From positions 4,896,001-4,960,000 of the forward strand of contig OZ223209.1 in assembly GCA_965140415.1 (NCBI GenBank): 64,000 nucleotides of DNA, written 5' to 3'. Shown in pieces: positions 27,101 to 32,300 of this stretch. The notes under the pieces were generated by a model. That model had not been told where the DNA came from. It made no database searches and saw nothing but the letters and a program-made list of their open reading frames with translations. A program made the translations under genes and the position numbers. The DNA is from Myxococcota bacterium (GTDB lineage Bacteria; Myxococcota_A; SURF-8). Within the stretch, counting starts at the first letter, position 1. Every line of letters starts with the position of its first letter.

Positions 27101-29044
27101 GTTGTAACATGTGCCGCAAACCTGTGGCCAGTTTGGCGCTGTCGGTTTTCGTGTATCCGACCCGATCCAGAAATGGCCGTAGTTCGTTTTCGTATAATCG
27201 GCGCCAGAGGTGTCGTAATTACTGGTACTATTACTCAATGTAGTATACTTGTTCGATCGGTCATACGCGCGCACACAGAACGTTTTGTACTGGTTCGAAG
27301 TAACATGCCAGGCGCTGTCGGTTGGAGTAAAAGCCTCCATTTTTTCGTTTTCCCCCCAACCGGAGCTGTTTACGTAATAGTTGGGAATAGACGTGCTGCA
27401 ATTGGCATTGGTGGCAATATGATAACGGAAATACTTCAGCCCACGAACGGTTTCGTTTGCTCTGAAACGAACCAAGATATCGGAATCGTTGTACCAGTCC
27501 TTGCCGGTATAACCATCGGCTTTTACGTACAGATCCGGAGGTCCGGAGTTATCCATGTAGTAGGTCTGACAAGAAGTACCCGAACCATTGTTTGCATTGT
27601 CATAGCCTTGCATACACAGACTATACTGGCCATTTCCGGGGATGTAAGTCCAAAGCTGGTAACTGTTGTCAGAACAGTTCTCGGTCGAACAGGTCTTACC
27701 GCCTTGAGCCCGACCCCATGAAGGCCAGGAAGTCCACATCATCCGGAACTGCTTCGGACCGGCAACGCTATCGTTGATTTTCCAGGTGATCTTTACGTTC
27801 GAGAGATCGGAATACTGCCAGGATCCATACGGAAAATCGGGAGAGGTTGCAATTCTCTGAAAGGTCGGACCGGTTTTATCGTACCAGATCTTCCACTGGC
27901 GCTTTCCGGTACGTTTATCCTCTGCAGTAGCATTTCCCCAATTAGCATCCGCAAAGGCTTCCCAGCCAAAACTGCGGAAACTGAGCCAATATTTGTTCTC
28001 CGTAGTAGGCGTCGTGGCGGAATAGGGAGTCGAGGTGGTCGTCACACCGCTTCCACCATCGTAACTGGGATAAGTATTGTTGGTTCTGAAGGTGTTACTG
28101 GAGAAATACCGAAGCTTACTGTACATCGCAGCTCCACCGTCACCACTTACTACCTGAGTGCCGCAACCCCACCAGTCGTGCGGAGTAACCGTAAGAGTTT
28201 TCCGGCTTTTGATATAATCGCCATAGTCGGTGGAAAAACCCGAAATTTCGAAGAAACCTTCGTTACCCTTGTAGGTAGAATACGGATTGGAAATACTGGA
28301 AGATCGATAGGTACCTCCCCACATGTTGTGTACGATGTTAGAAGTGCCACTGTAATGGTAATAATCTTCCAGGAATTTGTCGTCTACATGGATGATAAAA
28401 TAGATTCGCTTCCAGGTCGTGCTCCAATTCGGCATTTGTCGATAAAAAAGGATTCGATGCTGAGGCAAATCGGTATAATCGCCTTCGCAATTATCACTGG
28501 AACACCCATCATTATGGAAATTGCTACCCACGTGTACAGATGAACTTTTCCCTCCGGAGTAGAGTAAAATATCGTACCCATTATATACATTTCCATATCC
28601 ACCATAACCAACCCAGCTTGTCCAGCCGGCACTGCCACTAAGCCTGTAATAGGTGTACGCGTAATGTAATGCACCTTCATTTGACGTTCCGACATAAGTG
28701 CGAACAAAAATCCGGCCTCCGTTGTAAGCACGGAAACGCACAGCTTTCCAGTGCCCTTGGCTGGTATAGTACCCAGTAGGACATAGAAATGTATCGGTGT
28801 AACCTTTAAAGGTTCCGTTGCGAGCAGCATATTGCTTGTGGTTGGTGGTTGCTGTTCCACCATGCCAGAAATAATCGTCGATATCGGTATCGTACCCCCG
28901 CCCACCAACATAGTTCCAACCATCATTCCATACCGCCAGAGCCGGCTTTTCGGAAACAAACAGCAAAACCAGCAGAACCGCCATCGACAGAGTCGCCCCA
29001 ACCAGGAACCGGAATGAATCCGTCGTCATACTCCGTCGCTGCAT
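164..29044 (-). CDS. Giant secreted multidomain protein (~9,626 aa): Ig-like/FN3 repeats, DUF1080/LamG-like, CBM-like and IgGFc-binding-like domains, C-terminal FGE-sulfatase (SUMF1-type) domain
   Basis: Uninterrupted 29-kb ORF. ATG at 29044 follows GGGAGG and precedes a Sec-type signal peptide (FLVGATLSMAVLLVLLFVSEKPALA). Recurrent D-x-T-x-P / WYFHVRA / D-x-AGN repeats. C-terminal RLPTEHEWEAAA, DMAGNVNEWV and RGGSW...GFRC motifs. The frame is open upstream to 29281, so the start is not certain. Confidence 0.9.
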   Translation of the reverse strand: MQRRSMTTDSFRFLVGATLSMAVLLVLLFVSEKPALAVWNDGWNYVGGRGYDTDIDDYFWHGGTATTNHKQYAARNGTFKGYTDTFLCPTGYYTSQGHWKAVRFRAYNGGRIFVRTYVGTSNEGALHYAYTYYRLSGSAGWTSWVGYGGYGNVYNGYDILLYSGGKSSSVHVGSNFHNDGCSSDNCEGDYTDLPQHRILFYRQMPNWSTTWKRIYFIIHVDDKFLEDYYHYSGTSNIVHNMWGGTYRSSSISNPYSTYKGNEGFFEISGFSTDYGDYIKSRKTLTVTPHDWWGCGTQVVSGDGGAAMYSKLRYFSSNTFRTNNTYPSYDGGSGVTTTSTPYSATTPTTENKYWLSFRSFGWEAFADANWGNATAEDKRTGKRQWKIWYDKTGPTFQRIATSPDFPYGSWQYSDLSNVKITWKINDSVAGPKQFRMMWTSWPSWGRAQGGKTCSTENCSDNSYQLWTYIPGNGQYSLCMQGYDNANNGSGTSCQTYYMDNSGPPDLYVKADGYTGKDWYNDSDILVRFRANETVRGLKYFRYHIATNANCSTSIPNYYVNSSGWGENEKMEAFTPTDSAWHVTSNQYKTFCVRAYDRSNKYTTLSNSTSNYDTSGADYTKTNYGHFWIGSDTRKPTAPNWPQVCGTCYNSDCWFNSAPTYTITPHDTPSGVKTIYCYWRKVGYTHTVLPKSVTATSITMSHPSGSNDPTGNDGKDPWDLICTVTDHAGNADTFSHTYRRDGYPPWGHAITSNRSLGAVWNNTSDHTFTFKAADFSPIVEYQVRATWVDSNNWKTTVLSGLGQDPLNHSQRYNNSSSSSNNYRVSDGHQTIQMKARNSTCVGETAYHTSSSSWATQSVWVDTHAPKASGAPQAGAGYSGSYNSDTTPSVRWTNSAGDNNCASSSACNDAYNNTSTNADDDTLCSCLRQAHRYDLHVWGPGFDRTYQVNHSSCNATYCYATVTNTMPSGTFNFQVRTYDNAGNGTWGSTSTCTIDGTPPSGTYAAVNSGYLVGDTKYVHNNSVEFQLNVGTAETSTPIKFAIMANTNPSCGSISSANWLTWNSGAASGNWTYSKTVGSGLTNFYVYFKDYAGNCAEANSYSPSRPLKVYYDNVDPTSDGLSIWRDGRSGACSNDGDSHTGSRTVDLQVCGQDPTGDVKVMVTDNWIHNYDFETPWALTDLDSTNADAFDEVYNPRHRTRRLKDAGFSTYAMNVDRRETRDVSDWSVLFRQRFVGGSSTSWNGAYNVYTDKPTVANDGAAVNRYVPGNWKWKCGFDYACVVNDTNNKPYALRIYNRTNAKSVWPHGYIGSTYVAANNGFRCRTSDSLPDSGFFESNPFILGTSSSDVTNDLYIEWYPYSSYKGGVDAVSFDNLQIYRYPRESSADCPTGDPDCWEDDWRYTIPSSDSDHRILVNNWQVSRPEGKKAIYAFVRDKAGNILGNTQSELVSNGLMDTIIYDTQPPSNQWIQVNNGAARTCSRTVNVNVKVWDTWTPRKVYFSTSSSTPSVTAGGWLSVPDSVTESVQGTITWSNGLPTGDQGRTVYAWFKDGGNHRSGYVTDAITLDDTGPAFTTQPSIIASPTSTVGSNTYTNDRDIQVRFVASDSWTFSSNRLKICIQENDSSTPASSDSCWKTYVTSGSTATVNHSLCGTSTNCTNGNKILYVFAMDGSGADSDGCPNAADINISAANPTNIYFDDQGPTSCNVVVEGVGKDVNGNTFYNTSYTMQAPVKLSLSSSDPAGLGWYRTSNNNGGSYTSWYSPFPATTSNWVDFTLGGLTHNSTYKAYVQVKDALGNFNSSVSCNDSIKVDTVGPVITGFGIIGNYSGVTTSRTVDLEVYSNDQWTPYYYRACENSAGTVHCEPSATGWGSVSGDLIEDFYINNTDSDETKHVWIWLRDGGGNVSDVPAHATIELDNSPPDCSVVINGGAASTKDPAVTLTLSGGVAAVDEMCISNSSSSCSAWESYTGYKSHTLSNTQGDNYVYVWCRDAFGNTMASPTDDFILLDTLSPMPVTGTPVALNTINGWTNSARPTIQWNATRDQYYECQDHGVPYCDGNCNLSTHVCVEPDGTGLHADTGYQLRWGTNTNANNAARSIAPLNYPNAMTGAPNQDLSDGRWYFRIRARDQILNPYSALSNYGSVRVDRTAPTVASGYTSTNAVEIKKTTVTCGTSTSAISITPTKNVRLDLHFKDDSHTAAGNMKYQVSNGNSGCPGVNASGTWTDYGSGTVGCRQSWPIDGGAVTVESYVCVYIKDVLDNTNTTAFTQHVTYDPEAPTAPGTPSVSARNSLTPTWNWAASHDHKSGVEGIGLANGVGDGSTEQRCMPGSAPAPTYRLYWREKGATGWPNGPFDVDNTNSWTQTSTLADGHTYEMKVYAYDKYCHQSSSSSIGEVTIDTTAPNDSTIKIENDATFTSDLPVTLNFTRASSDTTHMKVWNEGSAEPSTFEAFAFSKNWTIVADTSDGGKPKNLSNKVYAKFKDSAGNISNAMDDDIYYDEWPPTGSITISNKYISGTAATVTISGTDGSPQWDTKQYKLDACTGSSYTNCTGGSYANWTTSTTKALKTSSGLTIEGKHKVFAWYKDGGGNATANADKMEDWVFHDRTAPSTPGTPQANGGLSDTDDVNPTWTWTASSDPGYTGNVETDTGSGLDSTPYQVCWATHSDPTTTDTCVTDTNLSHQTTGLTPGTWYMRVRAKDKAGNWSAWSGNGQVEIVTVGVPGLTRAYAPEDDPVNREMANVMLSIDPGTNGSTVQYSIYEVSTGKYVATDGSLTATSAQWQTVAAWQGSNTGWLEVTGLNDAGVFEFVVTAKYLSGVLYTASPSSAVRANDRTPILEPTVTPTANLAQNRVDLALTMKDPTPFPISSDPLIEAKYAADQKIVMAATGASPLERGIDYVPQNRAGWKQDYFTSVQTRHLARFDSKWSWDTNSMQGSDPESTTFTGIANSIVYEPFRNMLFSQGGSNGTVYKWTVSDYGDTWTGTMIGGSSTMPECIDMTGNSKYLYCLGLWDGTISRYAINSATATSVTAQGSFSPGTTTAYEGIAYNNGLLYVGGQGDTHRQISVYRTGDWVDGTGVYSGSPISTFSISGESTANIGTLFTDGRFLYTHDINHGANNLIYGHALSQRLYAQVADGNVRGKYVPEGGFYDDFNDGVTNGWISRYGSWTESNGVITQVAQAYRNILEVESADPNNRYYMAEVDIYSPTSSGSVAGLNFAYEDYDTFISCRYYFGGTPHSGIYRFGSTGAGWLAENYDVNSSKQSWHKMRVIVTDRDYSCYIDDQLVGQVTGDYLLTDAPGRVALYTHYGDTQFDNFRLVNLEGTESGGTWNLSVDDAKDKVAPDAVAATSNTPAYNTWTNTSSVSVDWNAPNSNGNSYYFQSVAMDAQGNTSAGFANGNFEGGVGPKADNVLARTGVTYDTGCGDNNCKFRIDGTGSYPGLNISGQSWYMKAKGTGTWNDSKVLLMHAPVVGQSGKNFVLEFDYRCLTASSGNGWRFDMGQEPYSATGLIRDTAAKAYLDDGSEVTKNMYQFTCSAGEAGHVVAYHSGAGNYDYYLHAWGWNNTPAAQTMVVDNFSIREVTSSTITTPMAAYYVQLDNSATYDGTTPSDTTTDTARTIGSIVTGTTLGTWYVHVRGRDGGSNWGPAYTYGPFKLDNSKPAAPSVTCTDSHGNVASGGWTTDTSLDCSWTKTTGPSPGTSQSCYTESSSSGSCAWTPHNGDTDTDRAVTLNPLLPGGSTGTSYLYVRSTDTGGTSTVRQFVIRVDNQAPTLPTPITCTNYTDDQWGSNSAATCQWPNTAGPSASSYLYCLDSANTCTPSLNADGLNGSNNPYVVLNDEIASLGSGIYYLRVKNVDLAGQSDVETFTLKVDQINPNTPGIPWVYEGAAILTETADTTPTWSWAAATDNPTPGSGVNGYKLILGMDSAGTTSRTYYPTTNSFTIPDGEPLEGNHMWYARVQAKDAVGNWSTTSDSGNVYLVQINTPNASAVSAVTEVPLLSEAAKVQLVVDASGNPAGTTYAIYEENVTASYLRADGTLGATEAEAAWRTLEDWGGDDGVIIAYLNDASTGGQNEPLHDNTTYGFRANAHFVGLGDPTGLGAIAEITTPDRTQPENTASLTAEPDGTNNQVRVGYNNGGIYWEAEDFETNSGSTPYTAWELASGGAYRKFTSTSQSLEQRFFIETSGVYFLHVRGYYTSSSNNQLRWSVDGATSVAYTISPPGGAYNWGFSMGTAMKATPLTRGWHTLTLTPYSSEQTIIDAVYLGPVQLSGADLSTIEYTHGKYQTLHRSDVGLEAGYNPVDGYFDSFSSNTLANYHVTIGTGEVWSITPSTHSIAPNALSDDTTQNVNTTIAYTNTFHNFVAEVDAYNQDDDGFGLMVRALNSSHYYAFVLHRQSNTVKVCRNSTSTALQSKPYTVSATSWYHFKVVAFANELKFYINDEMQFSLRDTNTSGGGTEAYLAGEVGFVSQSNQPAAYFDNFSIVPLTGPGGHIDVNATDTTAPSMPTLTSSNPATGATSDNTINVVWQAPSDGGSEYFYFSEAHDLEGNSENMLADGGFEQLSTSWLDTGGTGNGPGDSFSEQLYEGKAMYRWTSAGDVYQTVNITTTPSGGSDYFVSGMFRSPNGAALRLQVAYYNGAWTNVFGTPLESTGTGWTSLSRGFHVPAGVTKLQVIAQNPNSSGTYWADDLKLLPVKAVTMATGIAGYDVWHAVNSTTPNASPSIDTTSTSWTTEALSEGTHYIYVRAVDFAGNWSANSLIVGPFEIDRTPPQVSLFRIEGEGPGNEFTDDANRNVTITMNVTDASKVCFKDSPFGGMPSTGDDCWQNYSSSMVWQLPANGDKQYTVYARFMDDVQNITTSDTTDQIYYDTTGPTSSLVIKALDGNESFTRSDSVNLHMTATDLWTPITFCVRNDSDAWYCGDDGLGIPFTTTYPWSITPNEIQPPAVTVRFYDGGGHIVEHTDTIIYDQSGPTCSVDITIPNGPRTSSPDVTVSITGTDQWGPVKYSIANSIGGLASSYATATAVPSDTFQRSWGLSYSGGEVEANRYVYVKCWDAGENESMDTASIILDTRPPNGTFAMWPHGEHDSTPGGAVFTATRSVDMYVTETTNPVETWTPILAQFNNNNVATGWLPVPSHNIATAYENFLLSDVDGPKIVYMQISDTGGNTNPTTGTITDTIYLDRQGPTGTISIANVDGYVGDPQVTISLTATDVWSPIYMQMRNETDTSWQTTNLCASGAVVGGWCPFNPNVTTWTLSNNDGAKTVCVRYKDGGGNTRYSLGSGEERCFNVTLDTNAPDCLIALNGGDSYTNSKDVTAEISNDPVNPAVSFKVVNENDISLGSWNAFGGDPLVPEMYPHDLVTDDRINKADGSKTVYMWCKDYVNQSGPFLATIFLDRVPPSQPGVPAADRTPHNWKDASGATSPVVWTWTAATDTGGSGVASYEVYWSTTPGQESSTRKATPTTTSYTHTTQLANGTWYFWAYAIDNAGNKSSSHSGFGTVLVDTAAPQNISVVIEGNKEWVNYYEVDLTLSSDSDTEKMTIAANADPSTADEDWIGYSTIYENLDLVPNTERADHEARVRFKDLAWNVSNITSDTIGVDVTDPNPITTVSCPSLTNDTTPRCTWSALTDALSGPATTQRYEVYWWQGAGTPQRRFTNNTLYDIGPLTNGIWSFKVVGFDKARNFTTSATVEIEIDTIAPTGSVVINSATAPGPAYTNDPNVDLYLTSTEEYGIRVSNDGATYTDDTFSTPYAWPLDGSIDGVKTVSVIFVDEAGNPASSPTVYTDTIHYDGTAPAAVASLSAGSLETGDRTPLWQWTWAGDVGSGVQSGPHDTETFLLTWEKQGGGAGAGPYTATTTSTSYEHTVDLTRGVWDMTVVAQDRAGNLSTPATASITVYEISAPGKPLLSSLGTYPLNSEKGEAELLLHVDSLNPTGTLYSILESETTGKYLAANGTLTSSTPVWQTLADWNPSGAPIVVKSLANGYVYNFSVAAKFTGFADVFGATQTFVVDDRTKTYNGNLSTAAAGDGTKIDLSWSFDWENYRRVASPIDPGYAQYVVNEEFATSTLRVVSYVDNNKITNGTSSLTLNRGEAGNFSAAELDPTTRLVGTGPFTARPATADMGGMLVPEGFADTAFAIMLPRYGSPMIDVLALSDGTSVGIYTGNSGTPDATRSLSANEHFRFDSLTLSKGVIRIVATQPVLAYYSANGVSGDDYMPIPPLDTEVLGVPSGSNSYVACNEAGTSFTAYRSNGTTQTGSCTNAGDYVQLTGTGGNGIGPAFRIVANKPISAMAVGDGDGSDGEILLPKRFLANAFTIVGGTDYVTVATDQYDVSYTVYQQDGSVRSSGTTTGSGGDDFPGHVSIPNVQEGDLIVTDGAGMLYYDGQEVETGVFGWPMWQNVVSYAPGNGDGIYSPAGGYADSFGDPATKADYSEVLDDGAGTNWSFTNGVAKSANKNTPLGLVYDGFVERDVIVEADMYNDDDDQMGLIFRYSSPSEYYILVLGIQSPNWPGVRLLKRTTTIGNDGVLDAKVLDLPVSLSTDRWYHIKVIAKGKRIRAYIDDYQVFDIVDDSSPVLTPGKAGIYSGYNQVFAQADNFLVAPLPDANTLEATGAYDIVPPLEVTDLETTSGHVASTWNAAADVDVQWIAPADEGTPYTFVQNVLDADGNYNNGFTDGGFEDTGHWTEEVDCSDNVCSLRMIGNFDGSSNYSWKARSTNGDGTTTTHLEQDVELLNEPSNLFLLEFAYRCSDGTGTNGWNFYFEDQNDTSTKLQVTGQSALVDTDSTVAKAMDNFTCSNTETGTFRAVLQTDAVAGRDFRFFFKEHDSANQLQEILIDNLRVRHVSVEDVISGLSGYAVVCDPPGTGDETENVDQSETSFTCTLQEGQNNYVRVRSVDNTGNWDDQQVSIGPFWIDLTDPAAPGQPSTTANPINTATPTWSWTAATDAPSGLRATNTYQIFWTSNEGNQMEEISAQSAWISNDGASPSFTHTAPLDDDVWYVHVYVYDKAGRRSASSPVGTVEVDTVFCTVHSITINGGDAYTGSENVTVEIAVSGEDCNWMKLSNTSTPPASWEDFESPTNHTLIVSTGPSTDGERCVYAWVRDPAFNISTTTPDCIDLDTTGPSRPGAPTTATPNPNKRPIWNWTASVDALSGMRATNTYLMEWSENPSFPVTATWNAYFDSSVNQEHPVDLTDGLWYVHVVAYDAVDNASAWSTDGSVLIDTQPPVCSFEINDPTTPPTYTSTPNVTLYITASDPWLPIEYALKNETTPDYLPTSYTDIYDTATVPNVVPWPLDSSSDGIRTVNMLCRDGGENMSSVITRTITLDQTPPNCTGPLSFTYEESGYAVVVSWPTPTDDTSGMQTVYFEAKIGSGGWAAPAAPMPGGTLASSASSYYYYGMTPGETYQFRYKCVDILDNESPWVESAPLINVDRVPPTTPAGLAATVGMPGVDPDVPVQAPGVAGDGKFIIEWNPVADAHHYNVYGSQTQADLANLLRSSCSFSGTGLSENCSYSVDGSHDTSSYWYDLYPGFDEIAWPFDLSHQIVSKLRVHFWDGDNRIYKRQKLQVYRQGGSILTVNDWAADRSQLGYELGRESAAINGYDLTSVALVFDGITESPFNTTGDSADVIEIEAYGSRLNTAAITLNSYPPVGTPSYVHMAGDMQTWYFRVDAVDADGNVSASSLVIDETSPDASRPEAPTVWSTTHPDQNLWYPDREVCFGWSASDDSGIGMYEWYFDDEPLGDAATVHTVDNQTTYCISDVADGTFYLHVRAQNGSNLWSEYRHRQVNIDATPPTISNLTSPTHDTGTLYIYTDDDCSSNNDPTFTWNGQATSGIDGYFYVIDDTAPPTPPESWTSASLANLGSTNFTGYSDEPDGTRWFHIRALSNSGLWGPAKHYQVRIDTGPTSMAVTSVTTQSNSASWYSAAGTTVTWSSASACGIAQYAYEFSTNATEDPDANIVDGSVTSDSYTFPTSGQWYFHVKSQSNTGVWYTPPVHRLIKIDLAPTAPTVSSSTHPDPDQWVNNGLPTFTWAPGTPLLSGVSGYSYSLTADNPGIPDTDSEGMGTTYTPAVALSSGEWYFNVRAINNVVDTKKWGPTTSYRVRIDTGPFLPIVESSTHDDQNTWYPEDYNDPSFQFWSAAYSGVTKFGYLIDKNVGTIPETGLTGYTECTGACLSDDGSWTAPNDDLTKVKGTADISDLTPGVWYFHVRAQNNAAPAAWGETAHYIVRINKLCEISSVTRTQTVVKVGASYLDYQEAVVTIYDENEVENITTVDIVVAQSGEPSFTNARGYFRWACSSFPACLSGGGFSEEGGYGNNLVALSSGTSSVTQVDDNRLEVTFRWLLLDGYGDTQNNRIYAKGYDKQYDYDGTTTAWSSPSMPFESNMRLPESNHVAPAPNGTWVAEKRPTLTASAVVDPNADDIEFYKFFLATGEDAESGDNVWDSGWITSNTWQPPVDLANDDYYWKVKTHDNHEWESNCNSSADGCTPWLFKVDSDVPALSYLYGDPHASQTNWYSNNTPLMNWRFTADSEIEGYSYALCKSPATCTAPETVMWAASKETDTLGPLDDGIWVFHIRAKSGAGLWSPDHSYILRVDASPPDAPIVVSSTHPDQNEWYSSGAITLTWSAVDDPSGISAYSYAMRTSVGDAGTTDMGDGNTWTGVKSSGTYYFYVRARNGSGLWGAQTLFMIHVDTTAPPAPTITVKSHDPDVWNSDRTAYFEWEDDDDSGIQNYCYSTDANATSCTCNTEMGTGTTYTTPSLADGTHYFHVRAQNGTGAWGACTHSRILIDGTRPTAVTIESTSHPEQTYWYQATTAVTHATASDLSGITYYKAGISKDSVFTPGGTAQAYPEGGFDFSEALTSPEDGVWYFKVIVQNGAGLWSLPFTYLVNVDNTAPTNVSITSSTHPEHTPVHNDAPEFSWTATESLSELKDFCINLYASAGPGDEGDCDPDSTTDGHEIVTGLTRTYSGLADGSYYLNVRARNTSRNSTGGFSLWSDVQRYHIVVEMNGATPPAITVPNQPQANNWYSDNQPIQVQYSAFAGSGVKCYRYIGLDNNDYDGSYDPTNSGQGWTEVCGTCNDPVTPENEYVLPAQSKTYTNNRADGSYWFHVAAISCAAGADWGDVSHRKINLDRTPPVVSVIDSTTHDTYNPDIGGTDDTWCSDSSYCYEPVFYFGATDTGATNLPEFGDPRVQEYSLLFNQQEPPVSLDCDACGTDTACIDSCPDKVGETITQTHNIYQKISESLTVNGIYWLHVRARSNAVDMNNQPYLDWGEPKHIRIKVDVAPPGSVRIGSGIGLFGSSGGPTDETPHYGQISAFYFYTEEVNNADYRACKTAYSTNGVTCYPGTDTANCEATYGSGWVWSPESMECYLPANGQKCSGSHYCSPVDSQCATGCENHSGNPEAGYTSATRPNYFTDSTFNDYPVLNVSWYQAQQFCLWKNMRLPTEHEWEAAAHGEWRYDAGTGEPLSSPNIWPWGSTSPDDASFNNQKPLNYSATAVGDTTFGCFFDGDSQTVGRSTIMTSDGRMKEWSTEEAEWICDMAGNVNEWVIDWYGKYPTSNDYDPVPAAGQDPVLDTMAACKLGCGGDTGCINNCEDKVYRGGSWFDNASQTRGAARGHLPPDYGYDTIGFRCAAPSPNQD

Positions 29045-29329
29045 AATCGCCTCCCTATGCCCGTTTCGGCGGTGTGAGGGGTGATCGGATCGAACCTGTT
29101 GATCTGGGTAGTAGGTCTGCATGGTCATAGCCTTTCGAAAGATTCCTGCCGTCCCTAGCCCCAGGGAACGGGAAGAATACTCCCAAGCTCCGGAATTCGG
29201 AGTTAAATGAACCTTCGCATTCGAACGAGTCGAAATACGAAAAGAATGTCGTCTGTTGAGTTGCTTGTTCATTACGAACACGTCACCTCGTAAGTAATCA
29301 TTTTTTCAAACAACGCGGCGCGCGACACA

Positions 29330-32300
29330 TTACTTGTCGCCGTCGCTTTCGTCGTCATCATCGTCATCATCATCGTCATCATCGTCGTCATCGTCCGATA
29401 CGATAACCAGACAAATTCCCCGATCACCGCAGATTTCACCGGCGGCGCACCCGTCGTAACCAATGCAGGTGAGCGCGCATACGGAACCGTCGCAATAGCT
29501 GCCTTTTGGACAATGAGTATCGTTCTGGCACGTAGGATAGAGATGAATGCGATCCTCATCGCTACCAGAACACTTCCCGCGCCCGTCGCATATTTCATCA
29601 GGCGGACAATCTTCATTCAGGAAACAATCCGCATAACAGACCATCTGCCCTATCGAACAGAAGGAACCACGCGGACAATCCGCCGGTCCATCGCAACTGA
29701 TTGTCCGGGCTTCGCAACGTCCCCGCTCTTTATTACAGGTCCGAGGTAGCGAACACTGATCGTCACTGGTACATTCGCTAATGCAACGACTGTTCAACAT
29801 GTCACAGTGGAATCCCTGGTTGCACTCCTCGTCTGTGAAACAAGTGTCAACAGCACGTTTATCACCGGCAGAACCCTGACTGACTTCGCAACGACCTTCG
29901 AGTCCGCAAAATTCCCCTGGACTGCAACCCAAATCCGGATAGGCGCAATCGGTGACGCAAATTCCTTCCTCACATCGTGAGTAGTAATAGCACACGCCTT
30001 CCGGACCTTGATCACAAGTATGGTACGAATAAGCCGTATCGGCATCGCCCCCCTGGCAGCGCCCGCGATTATCGCAAACCGACCCTTCTGGACATTGGTT
30101 GTCACCAAAACAGTCTGCGGTGCATTTGTCCAGATTGCTGTCGCAATAGAGCCCCTTGGGACAGGCTATATCCCCGTATTCATTACAATTGTACGCACCG
30201 GAATTACACAGGTTGTTTTCACCACACCATTCTCCATCCTGACAATGCTCATTCAACAAACACTCTTGAGTGCAAAGCTTGACCCCTTCAACAGGACAAG
30301 TAAAGTTTTCCTCACAGTCGTCGTCATTGAAGCAGGGACCACCATACCTCGGAAATGGCAGTTCCAGATCGCCATCTGGGCCATACGGCGTGCAACGCAT
30401 GGTTTCCGAAGCACAGTAGGAATTTTCCGGACAAGAAGGCAGACATTCCGTTTCACAACGGCCTTCTTCATTACAATAGTAGAGACTCGGGCAGTCTTCC
30501 AGAACCGTACAGGCCTGGTCGATGTCGTAATCGGTGGGAGCCAGATCATCGCAGTCGATATCCCCGACTCCGCAAACCACGCAATGACCTCTAAGGCTGC
30601 AATATTGTTCCGGATAACATCCATCTCGCGGCGGTTTGCAATCCGAAGTACATACCTGGCTCGCCACGTTGCAATACTGGTAATCCGGACATTCATCATC
30701 CGTAACACAATTGATTACCACCGGCCAATCGGTCGTCTCACCCGCATCCAGATCACCATCGGGCGGTCGCGGCACACATTCGCCCAACATGCTGCATACG
30801 TTGTCTTCACCGGGGCAGTCATCATTGCTCAGGCAGTCGGAAATGCACTTCTGCGCTTGTGTGTCACAACGATAACGGAACGGGCAGTTGACGTCTTCCG
30901 TGCAGAAAATGTAATCGCCATCCGCCACGATTTCTTCGCAGCGACCCACATCATTGCAGTACCAACCACCCCAACAATCATCATCGCTGGCGCAAATCTG
31001 ATCGCAGAATCCATTGTTGCAGAAATGGCGGAACTCACAATCATCATCAATTACACATTCCGGCGGCGGCGGTTCACACATACCGAATTCATTGCAGATA
31101 TAGTCGATACCGCTGTTGCCGTAATTCGCACAATCTTCCAGGCTGACGCATTCCCGGCAGCAGTTGCCTTCGCAACAACTCCAGCCTACACCACAATCCT
31201 GCACAACCGTCTGTTCGGTACAGGAACCGGGAGCGTCTCCTTCCGTATCTCCATCGCTGCCACAATTCAAATCGAGTTGGCAACGACCATGCACACAGTC
31301 GTAACAGGTCGGACATTCGCTGTCGAAACAGCAACCTACCGTACAATGAGCGCCAATACTGTAATCGCAATACTGACAATTCGGACAATCCGTATCGTAT
31401 TCGCAGGACTGTCCCATATCCTGATCGCCCTGACTATCCGGCTCGCAGCGTCCCCGCTCAAGCCGGCAGGTCGATCCCTGCGGACAAGCGATCGTGTCGC
31501 TGCACTCATACTCGCATTCATGCAAAATGGTATTACAATACTTACCCCAAGGACATTGGGCGTCAACCTGACAAACTCCTGAATTCAGATCGATATCAGT
31601 CAAGTCGATATCCAGATCGCCATCGATTCCGACCCACACGCAGAAGCCGTCATCCGGGTTACACTCGTAACCGGGCTCGCATTCCAGCTCCGGGGGATGG
31701 CAAGGACCCGGTGCGCATAAAAAGGTTGTAAAATCACAATAGTAATAATCCGGACAGTCCGGATGATCGATGCAGAAAGAGGCGCCATCCCAATCGTCGT
31801 CCCACTCGAAATCCCCATCCGGAGGCAGTTCGTCGGGGTCTCCAGGAGGCATGTCCAGATCGCCATCAACAGGAGAATCCGAGTCAATATCTCCCGGCGG
31901 GGTGTCGGGATCGGCGTCGCCTGGCAGATCCAGGTCGCCGTCGCCGGGAAGATCCGGGTCTGCGTCTCCGGGAAGATCCGGGTCGACATCCACATCGCCA
32001 TCGGTGACGCAGTACATGGTGTTGAAATTCAGCAGGTAAGGATCACAGAACAGCGACACCTGATCGTCTTGATCCTGCATCGAAAGCACACAGTTGACAT
32101 TATCGTTCTTCACGCGGACGCGACCGTCCGGTTCACAGGTGACCACATCGAAAAAGACAAACTGATCGGCGGTGAACACCTTTATATAGAGGTTACACCC
32201 AGCCGTCGTTCCAGGCTGAATTTGAATGCGCTTCAATCCCATCGGGTTTTCCGTGGGTGTATCCAGATCCGGTTCGATACAGAAAGTCCCAGTGATTCCA

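Noticed and set aside
28384-29001. 205-aa alternative-frame ORF overlapping the start of the giant gene
   Set aside because: Same strand and fully inside the giant ORF, which has the SD and signal peptide; no motif support
164-29044. Giant ORF as NRPS/PKS, RTX or Rhs toxin
   Set aside because: No A/C/KS domain motifs, GGxGxD nonapeptide arrays or YD/Rhs core seen; composition fits an extracellular beta-sandwich protein
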